From an uncultured Clostridia bacterium (lineage in GTDB: Bacteria; Bacillota; Clostridia; Christensenellales; UBA1242): 64,000 nucleotides of DNA. Of the stretch, positions 1 through 9,114 are shown piece by piece. The stretch lies in the NCBI GenBank assembly GCA_944376825.1, contig CALWDY010000014.1, forward strand, positions 842-64,841, given 5' to 3'. The position numbers were made by a program, and so were the translations under genes. Position 1 is the first letter of the stretch. Each line of letters opens with the position of its first letter. A model generated the notes under the pieces. The model saw only the letters and a list, made by a program, of their open reading frames with translations, ran no database searches and had not been told where the DNA came from.

Positions 1-225
1 TCTAAGCATTTTTTGTGTAAGTTTTTTGCCTGTCAATACGGCCTTATCTGAATTTATTACTATAACATGGTCGCCTGTGTCTACATGTGGTGTATATGAT
101 GGTTTGTTTTTTCCTGACAAAATGTCTGCAACTTGTGAAGCAAGTCTTCCAAGTGGCATATTTGTTGCATCAACAACATACCATTTTCTTTCCACATTTT
201 CTGGCTTTTCCATAAATGTTTTCAT
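1..225 (-). CDS. rplM: 50S ribosomal protein L13 (uL13), first 75 codons; gene runs off the left window edge
   Basis: Own minus-strand translation from ATG 225-223: [68 protein letters not shown]...; GGAGG 8 nt upstream. Not in ORF track (no stop in window); + ORF 26..253 is its antisense shadow. Confidence 0.9.
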   Translation of the reverse strand, partial: MKTFMEKPENVERKWYVVDATNMPLGRLASQVADILSGKNKPSYTPHVDTGDHVIVINSDKAVLTGKKLTQKMLR

Positions 226-293
226 CAAAATTTCCTCCAAAAATTGTGTATAACTTTTAAATAAGACCATTTCTTTTTAAGGGGCTAACTTTA

Positions 294-320
294 CAAAAAA
301 ATATGCCTTATTCAAGACAT
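294..320 (-). terminator. Hairpin plus U-run between truA and rplM (truA terminator or rplM leader attenuator)
   Basis: Minus strand: ATGTCTT-GAAT-AAGGCAT (7 bp incl. one G.U) followed by ATTTTTTTG. Confidence 0.5.
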
Positions 321-468
321 GGTTAAGTTTATTATATATCAAGATAATTGTCAAGCATATTTTTATATTTTATTATTAAATTTTAAAGTATACATAAAAG
401 TATTTTCAAAACACAAGTTTATAAAAAATAGGCACATTTTGCATAATTATACATAAAACTTATAATTA

Positions 469-1206
469 TTATTCATATTTAACATCAAACAAATAAAGCC
501 CCCTGCCGTCCACGGTTTTGCCACCGAGTGCACGATTGCCTGTTTTAAACATATCTTCAATGCAAGAAATGTCAAGATGTCTCCTTGCAATGTCAATTAT
601 TGTTCCAATAATAATTCTTACCATATTGTATAAAAATCCATTTCCGCTAATTTTAAATATTAAATAATTTTGTTTTTCTTCCATGGTAAAATCATAAATT
701 GTTCTTATAAAACTCGTTGCGCATGTTTTGCTTGAACAAAAAGCTTTAAAGTTATGGGTACCAATAAATTTTTCCATACAATTTTTTATCAAATTTATAT
801 CTACATTATATTCAAGTTTAGAAACCATATCAAAAAGCATTGGATTAATAATTTTATCTTTGCAAAAAACATACATATATGTTTTTGTTTTAGCACTTGT
901 CCTTGCATTAAACAGACTATCAACTTTTTTTGCCGAGTAAACTCTTATGTCTGGTGGCAAAAATGTGTTTAATGCTGTTGGCAATTTATTTAAATCTATT
1001 TTATTTTCACATTCAAAATGTGCGTACTGTTTTAAAGCATGTACACCTGCATCAGTTCTTCCGCTTGCAATAATATTAATATTTTCTTTTAAAACTTTAC
1101 TTAAACAATCTTCAAGCACAGATTGCACAGTTATTTTGTTTGGTTGTTTTTGATAACCACTGTAATTTGTGCCTTTATATGCAAAACAAATTAAAATTTT
1201 TCTCAT
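469..1206 (-). CDS. truA: tRNA pseudouridine(38-40) synthase TruA
   Basis: MRKILICFAYKGTNYSGYQKQ..., GRTDAGVHA catalytic Asp motif; start moved to Met14 of track ORF because TruA N-termini begin MR.K..I.YDG; canonical truA-rplM adjacency. Confidence 0.9.
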   Translation of the reverse strand: MRKILICFAYKGTNYSGYQKQPNKITVQSVLEDCLSKVLKENINIIASGRTDAGVHALKQYAHFECENKIDLNKLPTALNTFLPPDIRVYSAKKVDSLFNARTSAKTKTYMYVFCKDKIINPMLFDMVSKLEYNVDINLIKNCMEKFIGTHNFKAFCSSKTCATSFIRTIYDFTMEEKQNYLIFKISGNGFLYNMVRIIIGTIIDIARRHLDISCIEDMFKTGNRALGGKTVDGRGLYLFDVKYE

Positions 1207-1312
1207 ATATAGAGTGTAGAATATTTTTAACAAATAATCAAACATTTAAAATGTTTAATTTTACACAAAATAAAATATATGCTAAAATTATCTAGTTTAA
1301 TTGGAGATTAAT

Positions 1313-4300
1313 ATGGAATATAAGTGCTTAGATGGAAATACTGCCTGTGCCTTAATGGCATATAAACTCAGTGAGGTTTCTGCGATATACCCAATAACCC
1401 CATCTTCAACAATGGCAGAGCTTGTAGATGCGTGGTCAAATGAAGGTAGAAAAAATTTATTTAACCAAACCATGCTTATTCGAGAAATGCAATCCGAGGC
1501 AGGAGTAAGTGGAGCAATTCATGGCGCACTTCAAACTGGCAGTTTGGCAACTACCTTCACCGCAAGCCAAGGTCTTCTTCTAATGATACCAAATATGTAT
1601 AAAATTGCAGGAGAATGTTTACCTTGCGTAATGCATGTTTCAGCAAGAACAATAGCATCTCATGCCCTATCAATTTTTGGCGACCATAGTGATGTTATGG
1701 CAGTTAGAAGCACTGGATTTAACATTATTTCTTCATCATCTGTTCAAGAGTGTTACGACATGGCACTTGCAAGCCACATAATTACACTTAAAACAAGTTT
1801 GCCAATATTACACTTTTTTGACGGATTTAGAACAAGTCATGAAATTCAAAAAATAGGTTTAATAAATGAAGAAGATATAAAAAAAATATATCCTTTTGAA
1901 AAAGTTTATCAGTTTAAACAAAAAGCCCTTACTCCATTTAATCCAATCGCAAAAGGCACAGCACAAAATAGTGATGTTTTTTTCCAAAATAGAGAAAGCG
2001 CAAACCAATTATATAATTATGTTTATGAAAAAGTTTGCGAAACATTTAAAGACATTGAAAAAATTTGTGGCAGAAAATACAGTGCTTATGAATACTATGG
2101 CAACCCAAATGCTAAATATGTTGTTGTTTTAATGGGCAGTTCTTATCAAACTGCACAAGAAACGGTTGATTATTTAACAAACCAAAGTAGTAGCGTTGGT
2201 GTAATTTATGTTAGACTTTATAGACCTTTTTTTGCAAAAGAGTTTTGCAAAATTATTCCAAAATCCACCAAAAAAATCTGCGTTTTAGATAGAACAAAAG
2301 AAAGTGGAAGCATAGGAGAACCTTTATACCTTGATGTTGTAACAGCACTTAAAGAAAACAATATAAACATTGAAGTTGTTTGTGGAAGATATGGACTTGG
2401 TGGCAAAGAATTTAACAAAAACCATTGCATTGCTGTGTTTGAAAATTTAATGACCCCAAACAGCAAAAATCATTTTACTGTTGGAATTGAAGATGATGTA
2501 ACTCATACTTCCCTTAGTTGCAAAAATGTTGTTATGGATAATGATTGCTATGAATTAAAATTTTACGGACTTGGAAGTGATGGAACCGTTAGCGCAAACA
2601 AAAACAGTATAAAAATAATTGGCGAAGATACAAACATGTTTGTTCAAGGATATTTTGAATATGATTCAAAAAAATCTGGAAGTTTAACCACTTCTCACCT
2701 AAGAATAAGCAAATCTCCAATAAAAAAAGCATATAAAACATATTCTCACGATTTTATTGCAATTCATAATTTTACTTTTATTGGTAAATATGATTTAATT
2801 TCAACTTTAAAAAATAATGGTGTCGTTCTTATAAACACACGATTAGATGAAACAAAACTGCAAAAATTTTTGCCACAAGACTTTATTGATACGCTTAAAG
2901 ATAAAAACGCAGAACTATATACCATTGATGCTTATAAAATTGCCGAAGAAATTGGACTTGGTAGAAAAATAAACTTAATTATGCAAACTGCATTCTTCAA
3001 ATTGTTAAAAGTTATTCCTTTTGAAAAAAGTTTACAACAAATAAAACAACTTGCAATTAAAACATATGCAAAAAAAGGTGATGATATTGTTAATAAAAAC
3101 TTGTTGGCAATAGACAAAAGCATAGACCAAATTCAAAAAATAGATTATTTAAAGTTTAAAGAAAGTTTAAAATCTCAAATCACAGCAAAAACAGATTGCA
3201 AATTTTTTGATGAGGTTATTTCTCCTATTGAAAAACAAAATGGCGACAGTTTGCCTGTATCCAAATTTAGTATAGACGGTAGCGTTCCAACGGACACAAG
3301 TAAATATTTAAAAAGAGGCATTGCGCTAAACTTGCCAAAATGGATAAAAGAGAATTGTATCCAATGTGGTTTTTGTTCTCTATCTTGCCCGCACTCGGCA
3401 ATAAGAAGCATTTTGTTTAAAGATGATGGAAACATAAAACCCGAATTTGAATGCGTTGATGCAATAGGTATGAAAGGCTACAAATTCAAAATACAAGTAA
3501 GCCCACAAGACTGCACGGGTTGTGGTGTTTGCGCAAATACTTGCCCAGCAATTAAAAAAGCACTAGAAATGGTAGCCACACAAGAAATTATGGAAAAAGA
3601 AAAACAAAACTATAATTATAGTTTGTCTTTAAATCGTGAAAATTCCATATTTAATAAATACACTGCAAAAGGTCTGCAATTCTACGCCCCATATTTTGAA
3701 TTCAACTCAGCATGCGCAGGTTGTGGTGAAACGCCATACATTAAAATACTTTCGCAATTGTTTGGCGACAAACTTTTAATTGCAAACGCAACCGGTTGTT
3801 CAAGCATTTACGGTGGTTCATATCCTGTTTGCCCCTACACCAAAGACAAAAACGGACATGGACCAGCTTGGAGCAATAGTCTTTTTGAAGACAATGCTGA
3901 ATATGGTTATGGCATGGCATTATCTCAAAGTCAAGGCAAAAAAACAATCTCCAATATAATAAATGAAATTTTGCCAACAAAAAATCAAGAATTAAACACA
4001 CTTTTAATTAATTGGCAAAAAAATCAAAATTGCACATATGATGACCAAGAAAAAATAGCCACATTGTTAGATGATAATAATGAAAAAGAAAAACTTTTAA
4101 AATTATACAAAGACAACTTTGTAACAAAATCTATTTGGATTGTTGGCGGAGATGGCTGGGCTTATGATATTGGTTATTCTGGGCTTGACCATGTGCTTGC
4201 TTCAAACGAAAATGTAAACATATTAGTTTTAGATAGCGAAGTTTATTCAAACACAGGGGGGCAATCTTCAAAAAGTTCTCCAAAAGCAAGTGTAGTAAAA

Positions 4301-4768
4301 TTTAATGCCAATGGAAAAACAACAAAGAAAAAGGATCTAGGTGCCATTTGCATGGCAAATAAAAATTGCTATGTTGCAAGCATAAGTTTGGGTGCAGATA
4401 TAAATCAAACAATAAAAGCATTAAAAGAAGCCGAAGATTACGATGGACCAAGCATTGTTATTTGTTATGCCCCGTGTATAAATCATGGATTTGATATGTC
4501 GCAAAGTAGCAATCATATGAAACTTTGTGTTGAATGTGGTTATTGGAATTTATATAGGTATAACCCACACAACAATAAACCACTTGTTTTAGACAGCAAA
4601 GAACCAACAAAGGATTATAAAGAATTTTTAATGACCGAAACAAGATTTACTTCTCTTATTAAAAAAGATAAAAACTTGGCACAAGAATTATTTGAAGAAA
4701 GTAAGAAAGATGCAATAGAGAGAAGACAAAAATTAATAAATATGTTAAAATTGCAAAATAATGAATAA
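1313..4768 (+). CDS. nifJ: Pyruvate:ferredoxin (flavodoxin) oxidoreductase, single-chain PFOR
   Basis: 1151 aa; IYPITPSS, two ferredoxin-type clusters (CIQCGFCSLSCP, CTGCGVCANTCP), TPP motif GGDGWAYDIG; ATG 1313 with GGAG 6 nt upstream (track TTG 1301 lies inside the RBS). Confidence 0.95.
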   Translation: MEYKCLDGNTACALMAYKLSEVSAIYPITPSSTMAELVDAWSNEGRKNLFNQTMLIREMQSEAGVSGAIHGALQTGSLATTFTASQGLLLMIPNMYKIAGECLPCVMHVSARTIASHALSIFGDHSDVMAVRSTGFNIISSSSVQECYDMALASHIITLKTSLPILHFFDGFRTSHEIQKIGLINEEDIKKIYPFEKVYQFKQKALTPFNPIAKGTAQNSDVFFQNRESANQLYNYVYEKVCETFKDIEKICGRKYSAYEYYGNPNAKYVVVLMGSSYQTAQETVDYLTNQSSSVGVIYVRLYRPFFAKEFCKIIPKSTKKICVLDRTKESGSIGEPLYLDVVTALKENNINIEVVCGRYGLGGKEFNKNHCIAVFENLMTPNSKNHFTVGIEDDVTHTSLSCKNVVMDNDCYELKFYGLGSDGTVSANKNSIKIIGEDTNMFVQGYFEYDSKKSGSLTTSHLRISKSPIKKAYKTYSHDFIAIHNFTFIGKYDLISTLKNNGVVLINTRLDETKLQKFLPQDFIDTLKDKNAELYTIDAYKIAEEIGLGRKINLIMQTAFFKLLKVIPFEKSLQQIKQLAIKTYAKKGDDIVNKNLLAIDKSIDQIQKIDYLKFKESLKSQITAKTDCKFFDEVISPIEKQNGDSLPVSKFSIDGSVPTDTSKYLKRGIALNLPKWIKENCIQCGFCSLSCPHSAIRSILFKDDGNIKPEFECVDAIGMKGYKFKIQVSPQDCTGCGVCANTCPAIKKALEMVATQEIMEKEKQNYNYSLSLNRENSIFNKYTAKGLQFYAPYFEFNSACAGCGETPYIKILSQLFGDKLLIANATGCSSIYGGSYPVCPYTKDKNGHGPAWSNSLFEDNAEYGYGMALSQSQGKKTISNIINEILPTKNQELNTLLINWQKNQNCTYDDQEKIATLLDDNNEKEKLLKLYKDNFVTKSIWIVGGDGWAYDIGYSGLDHVLASNENVNILVLDSEVYSNTGGQSSKSSPKASVVKFNANGKTTKKKDLGAICMANKNCYVASISLGADINQTIKALKEAEDYDGPSIVICYAPCINHGFDMSQSSNHMKLCVECGYWNLYRYNPHNNKPLVLDSKEPTKDYKEFLMTETRFTSLIKKDKNLAQELFEESKKDAIERRQKLINMLKLQNNE

Positions 4769-4832
4769 TTTAAATAAATTTGCAAATAATAAAAATGTGA
4801 AATTAAAACAATTATGTTTTTTTCACAAAAAT

Positions 4833-4860
4833 ATAGTGGCATTATTGCCACTATTTTTTA
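4833..4860 (+). terminator. Rho-independent terminator of nifJ
   Basis: ATAGTGGCA-TTAT-TGCCACTAT followed by TTTTTT. Confidence 0.8.
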
Positions 4861-4874
4861 TATAAAAATAAAAA

Positions 4875-4929
4875 ACAAATAAAAGCAAAAATCTGTGAAC
4901 ACCATATGATAAAAGGTATTCACAGATTT
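4875..4929 (-). terminator. Rho-independent terminator of tkt
   Basis: Minus strand AAATCTGTGAA...TTCACAGATTT (11 bp, extendable) followed by TTTTGCTTTTATTT. Confidence 0.7.
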
Positions 4930-5029
4930 GCTCTGTAGGGATTTATTTATTTAATTAAATAAATAGAATATTTTAAAATTTAATATTTATTTATTCCCTA
5001 CACTAATATTATGTTTCATTATTTTTTAT

Positions 5030-6994
5030 TTATTCAAAATTTTTTAAATGTTTTTTTATTTTATTTGCAACAATGCTTGGTGTAAAACCAAAGTATTCAT
5101 CAAGCACTTTCCCACTTGCACTTCTACCAAAATCTTCAATTGATATTTTTAATCCTTTATCACCTAAATATTTATACCAAATATTGTCATTAGATGCTTC
5201 TAAACTAACTTTTATTTCCCCCCTAGACAATACATCTTGTTTATATTTATTAGATTGCCTTTCAAATTCTTCTATGCATGGAAAACTAGCAACAACTGTT
5301 TCTATATTTTGTTTAGCAAGAATTGTTTTAACTTGCATAGCAAGTTCAACTTCACTTCCCGTTGCCATAATTAAAACCTTACCCACGCCTCCACTTAAAA
5401 TATATCCACCTTTTATTATATCTTTAAAATCTGCGTTTTGATTAGTTACTGTTTGTTTAGACAAAGCAAAACAGGAAGGACAATTATTATTTAAAGCAAT
5501 ATCATAGCAACACAAAAGTTCTCTAATATCACATGGTCTAAATACATTGACATTTGGAATTAGTCTAAGTGTTGAAAGTTGTTCAACTGATTGGTGCGTT
5601 GGTCCGTCTTCGCCAACTTTGTAACTGTCATGTGAAAACATATACATAACAGGCAAATTCATTAAAGCACTCATCCTTATTGGTGGAATCATATAGTTGG
5701 AAAAAGTTAAAAATGTTGAGCAAAAAGTTGGACTATTTAAATACAAAGTAAGCCCATTACATATTGCCCCCATAGAATGCTCTCTAATTCCAAAGTGAAT
5801 ATTCTTTCCCCTAGGATTTGTGTTTGAGTAATCTCCCGCACCAGATATATAAGCCTTTGTTGAAGATGCCAAATCTGCCGTTCCACCAACAAACCTTGGC
5901 ATTTTTTGTGATAGTTCTTTTAAAATTATTTCGTTTGCATCTCTTCCACTAAATGATTGAGATAAAAGTTCTTCTCTAACAAGCTTATAAACATCAACTT
6001 TTTTGTTATCCATAAATAAAACAAGTTGCCTATATAATTCTGGATTTGTTGTTTGATATATTGCAAACATATTGTTCCATTTTTCAATTAAACTAGCATT
6101 TCTTTCTGTTGTTTTTTGTGATATTTTTATCACATCATTTGGCAACTTATAAGGATCGCTAACGCCCAATTTTGCTTTTAGTTGATTCAATTCAATAGTT
6201 GTTAACGGCTTTCCATGAATAGAGTTTAATCCCGCTTTATCTGTTCCAAAGCCAATTGTGGTTTTAAAAATTATAATACTTGGTTTCGTTGTGCATTTTT
6301 TTGCTTTTGCAATTGCTCTTGTTACAAAATAGTAATTATTACCGTTGTTAACTTCTATAACATTAAAATGCATTGCTTTAAATTTTTTTGCTATGTTCTC
6401 GCTGTTTGCCATATCTGCATTTCCATCTATTGTAACATTGTTGTAATCATATAAAAGTATAAGTTTATTTAACTTTAATGTTCCTGCTAAACTAAGTGCT
6501 TCTTGCGCAACACCTTCCATTAAACAACCATCGCCAACAAAACAATAAGTATAATTATCTATCACAGGACATTTTTGAGCATTAAACCTCTTGCCAACCA
6601 TATTTTGTGCAATTGCCATTCCAACTGCATTTGCCACTCCTTGCCCCAAGGGCCCCGTTGATGTTTCAACAAAATTTGTAACCCCATATTCAGGATGTCC
6701 CGGAGTTTTTGAATTTAATTTTCTAAAATTTTTTAGATCATTTTCTGTGAGACCAAAATTAAACATATACGCAGTTGCATAATAAAGTGCACTTGCATGG
6801 CCTGCCGATAACACTAATCTATCGCGTGCAATAAATTTATGATCTTTTACATCATAAAAATAATGATCCTTAAATAAAGCATAAAAAATTGTTGTTGCGC
6901 CAAGCGCTACTCCTGGATGTCCACTATTTGCAGTTGTTATCATGTCTGCCGACAAACATCTTAAATAATTTATACATTTTTGATTAATATTCAC
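5030..6994 (-). CDS. tkt: Transketolase
   Basis: 654 aa; SGHPGVALG, VGDGCLMEGV TPP-binding motif, full three-domain length. Confidence 0.95.
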   Translation of the reverse strand: MNINQKCINYLRCLSADMITTANSGHPGVALGATTIFYALFKDHYFYDVKDHKFIARDRLVLSAGHASALYYATAYMFNFGLTENDLKNFRKLNSKTPGHPEYGVTNFVETSTGPLGQGVANAVGMAIAQNMVGKRFNAQKCPVIDNYTYCFVGDGCLMEGVAQEALSLAGTLKLNKLILLYDYNNVTIDGNADMANSENIAKKFKAMHFNVIEVNNGNNYYFVTRAIAKAKKCTTKPSIIIFKTTIGFGTDKAGLNSIHGKPLTTIELNQLKAKLGVSDPYKLPNDVIKISQKTTERNASLIEKWNNMFAIYQTTNPELYRQLVLFMDNKKVDVYKLVREELLSQSFSGRDANEIILKELSQKMPRFVGGTADLASSTKAYISGAGDYSNTNPRGKNIHFGIREHSMGAICNGLTLYLNSPTFCSTFLTFSNYMIPPIRMSALMNLPVMYMFSHDSYKVGEDGPTHQSVEQLSTLRLIPNVNVFRPCDIRELLCCYDIALNNNCPSCFALSKQTVTNQNADFKDIIKGGYILSGGVGKVLIMATGSEVELAMQVKTILAKQNIETVVASFPCIEEFERQSNKYKQDVLSRGEIKVSLEASNDNIWYKYLGDKGLKISIEDFGRSASGKVLDEYFGFTPSIVANKIKKHLKNFE

Positions 6995-6996
6995 AA

Positions 6997-7485
6997 TTAA
7001 CTCCTTAACTTTTCCACAATTTCTTTAATCACTGTTTGTTTTTTCTTGTTTTTAACAATTATTTTTAAATCGCTAACGCTACTCATTTCTTTGTCTCTGT
7101 CATCAAAGGCAATTATATCAACACTAAGTGTTTCCCAAAATTCACCATCATCAGTTTTTTTTGTTAAATTTTTTTTTGAAAAATATAAATATACAATTTT
7201 TGCATTTGACTTTAAGTCAATGTTGTTTTTATTTCTAACAAAATACAAATAAGGAAATGTCATAACCGTGTTTTCAAATTCCAAACAACCCTTAATTGCA
7301 GAATTTTCTTGTTTTTCTAAATATTCCACCCCACATTTTTCTTTCATATCTTTTCTAGAAAATAATGTGTAATTAACATATTCCATTACATCAAGAAAAT
7401 ACAAATTTGTTTTATCTGCCAACAATTTGCCTATCTCTAAATTGTATTTATAATCTAATCCTAATATTATTATGTTTGATTTCAT
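6997..7485 (-). CDS. Shikimate-kinase-like protein with a degenerate P-loop
   Basis: Collinear with AroK layout (NIIILG...IGKLLA...FLD...ENTVM..) but GxxGxGK[ST] replaced by GLDYKYNLE. Confidence 0.45.
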   Translation of the reverse strand: MKSNIIILGLDYKYNLEIGKLLADKTNLYFLDVMEYVNYTLFSRKDMKEKCGVEYLEKQENSAIKGCLEFENTVMTFPYLYFVRNKNNIDLKSNAKIVYLYFSKKNLTKKTDDGEFWETLSVDIIAFDDRDKEMSSVSDLKIIVKNKKKQTVIKEIVEKLRS

Positions 7486-7550
7486 ATGTATTATATTATC
7501 ATATATATTTTGTTTTGCAAATTATAAATATTTACTTTATTGAAACATAT

Positions 7551-9008
7551 TTAATAAATTTGCTGATTTATAGATTTAAAATTTTCTATTGTGCTTATTA
7601 TATTTAACAACAATTTTTGTTTATCGGTTTCATTAGATTGATTTGTACTTATAATAAGTAATATATTATTGTCTAATAATATAAAATTCATAAGCACATT
7701 TTGTTTTTCACCCGAACCCACTAAAACACTTTTTATATTTTTTTTAGTTATTGTTGAAAAATTATTTTCTTTAATTATTTCAAATCCTGAATTTTTTAAT
7801 GTTTTTAAATTTTCTTGATATAAAAGTTCCAAATCATACTTTTCCTTGTTTCTATCAATAACAAAAGATAATGTTTCATCATTGTATATACACTCAAATA
7901 TTGCGCCTTCTACTAACGACGAATCATCTTTTTGAAAAACTACCTTCCATTTTTTATCCAACTTAAAATAAAATTCATACTCTTCAAACATATACATGTT
8001 TTGAGAAGTTGTTTCATTGGTCTCTATTTGTAGAGCATAAGATTTTAATTTATACATGTTAAGTTTTTTACGCACATTCTTTTGCAAAGTTTTATCATTA
8101 ATAATGTTATTTATGCAACTTTTATACATAATTAAATATGATGCCATTATATTTTTTGAAAACCATAAAGGCAATTTATGCTTACCTAAAACTTGTTCTG
8201 GCAAATTATTAAACGCATCTGTTACAACTTTATCATTAAGCAAAATACTGTTTAGAAGTTGCAATATTTTATTACGCATAACAAAACTTAGATTAAATTT
8301 TAATGAATATAAAGCACATGCCTTTGCCAATTGATAATTATTTTTATTATAGAAATAAAAGGAATATAAATAATAATATGCACCTAAATCTTCAAGAGAT
8401 TTAATTATATTATATGATTTATCCAAAAAAAACTTTAAACTCTCAAAATCTTTCAATTCCAAATAAGAGTTGCAAAGTTCAAAATAAGCAGGAAAAGACA
8501 TTGGCGAACATTTCAAACAAGACTTAAAATCTTTTATTGCCATATCATAATTTTTTAAATTTTTATAGGCAATTGCCCTTCTATAATAAAGCCACCCTTC
8601 AACTCCTGTTGTAAACTTTATTGGAAAAGAGTTTTGATGGAGAGTTGCAAAAATAAAAAAATTTTCAAAATTATCAAAAACAAGTTTATTGTCTGTTACC
8701 TCAAAATATTCAAAAGCAATGTTTAGATAATAAATCATATTATCCCATTGTTTTTTACCATTTTTTATATTTACTTTTTTTTCTATATAAGCAAAAAATT
8801 CTTTTTCTAATTTATTTATCTTTTGTAAATAAATAGCCAATTTATTTGAATATGTGCCACACAACGACTTCATATATTTACAAATTTGCATTTGATTAAA
8901 AAAATCAGTTTCATTGTCTGTCTGCTTTGTAATTTCATTATAAAGCAAATCTAAATCAACATCTAAATTGCCAGAGAGTGTTTGCTTTATTTCGTCAAGT
9001 GTTTTCAT
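7551..9008 (-). CDS. Hypothetical cytoplasmic protein with TPR-like helical repeats
   Basis: 485 aa, no signal peptide/TM; central WLYYRRAIAYKNLKNYDMAIKDFKSCL.. TPR-like repeats; no SD, -10-like TAACAT 6 nt from ATG. Confidence 0.5.
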   Translation of the reverse strand: MKTLDEIKQTLSGNLDVDLDLLYNEITKQTDNETDFFNQMQICKYMKSLCGTYSNKLAIYLQKINKLEKEFFAYIEKKVNIKNGKKQWDNMIYYLNIAFEYFEVTDNKLVFDNFENFFIFATLHQNSFPIKFTTGVEGWLYYRRAIAYKNLKNYDMAIKDFKSCLKCSPMSFPAYFELCNSYLELKDFESLKFFLDKSYNIIKSLEDLGAYYYLYSFYFYNKNNYQLAKACALYSLKFNLSFVMRNKILQLLNSILLNDKVVTDAFNNLPEQVLGKHKLPLWFSKNIMASYLIMYKSCINNIINDKTLQKNVRKKLNMYKLKSYALQIETNETTSQNMYMFEEYEFYFKLDKKWKVVFQKDDSSLVEGAIFECIYNDETLSFVIDRNKEKYDLELLYQENLKTLKNSGFEIIKENNFSTITKKNIKSVLVGSGEKQNVLMNFILLDNNILLIISTNQSNETDKQKLLLNIISTIENFKSINQQIY

Positions 9009-9074
9009 ATTTATATGTTAACACAAATAAAAATTTTAGTAAACAATCTAATGATTACAAATTATAATATTACA

Positions 9075-9100
9075 TAAAAAAACTCACTATAAAGTGAGTT
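9075..9100 (-). terminator. Rho-independent terminator of the surface-protein gene
   Basis: Minus strand AACTCAC-TTTATA-GTGAGTT followed by TTTTTTA. Confidence 0.75.
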
Positions 9101-9114
9101 TTTAAAATTTATTT

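Noticed and set aside
26-253. 75-aa + strand ORF at the left edge
   Set aside because: It is the antisense shadow of rplM. The minus strand here translates into an unmistakable L13 N-terminus with a GGAGG RBS.
349-354. TTGACA upstream of rplM as a promoter / L13-leader start
   Set aside because: The best -10 candidates are at non-optimal spacing (TATAAT at 12 nt, TAAACT at 17 nt). The implied transcript would begin directly with a terminator hairpin. It is left as an unassigned motif, and the L13-leader question needs a covariance-model search.
4935-5003. GTAGGGA...TCCCTAC arms around an AT-rich palindrome (TATTTATTTAATTAAATAAATA); possible IS/MITE end or replication-related site
   Set aside because: It lies in the convergent nifJ/tkt terminator zone. 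The arms are only 7 bp, the interior is simple AT palindrome, and there is no transposase. It shares a TTCCCTACA 9-mer with the 56.6-kb element, but that is within chance expectation for this window.
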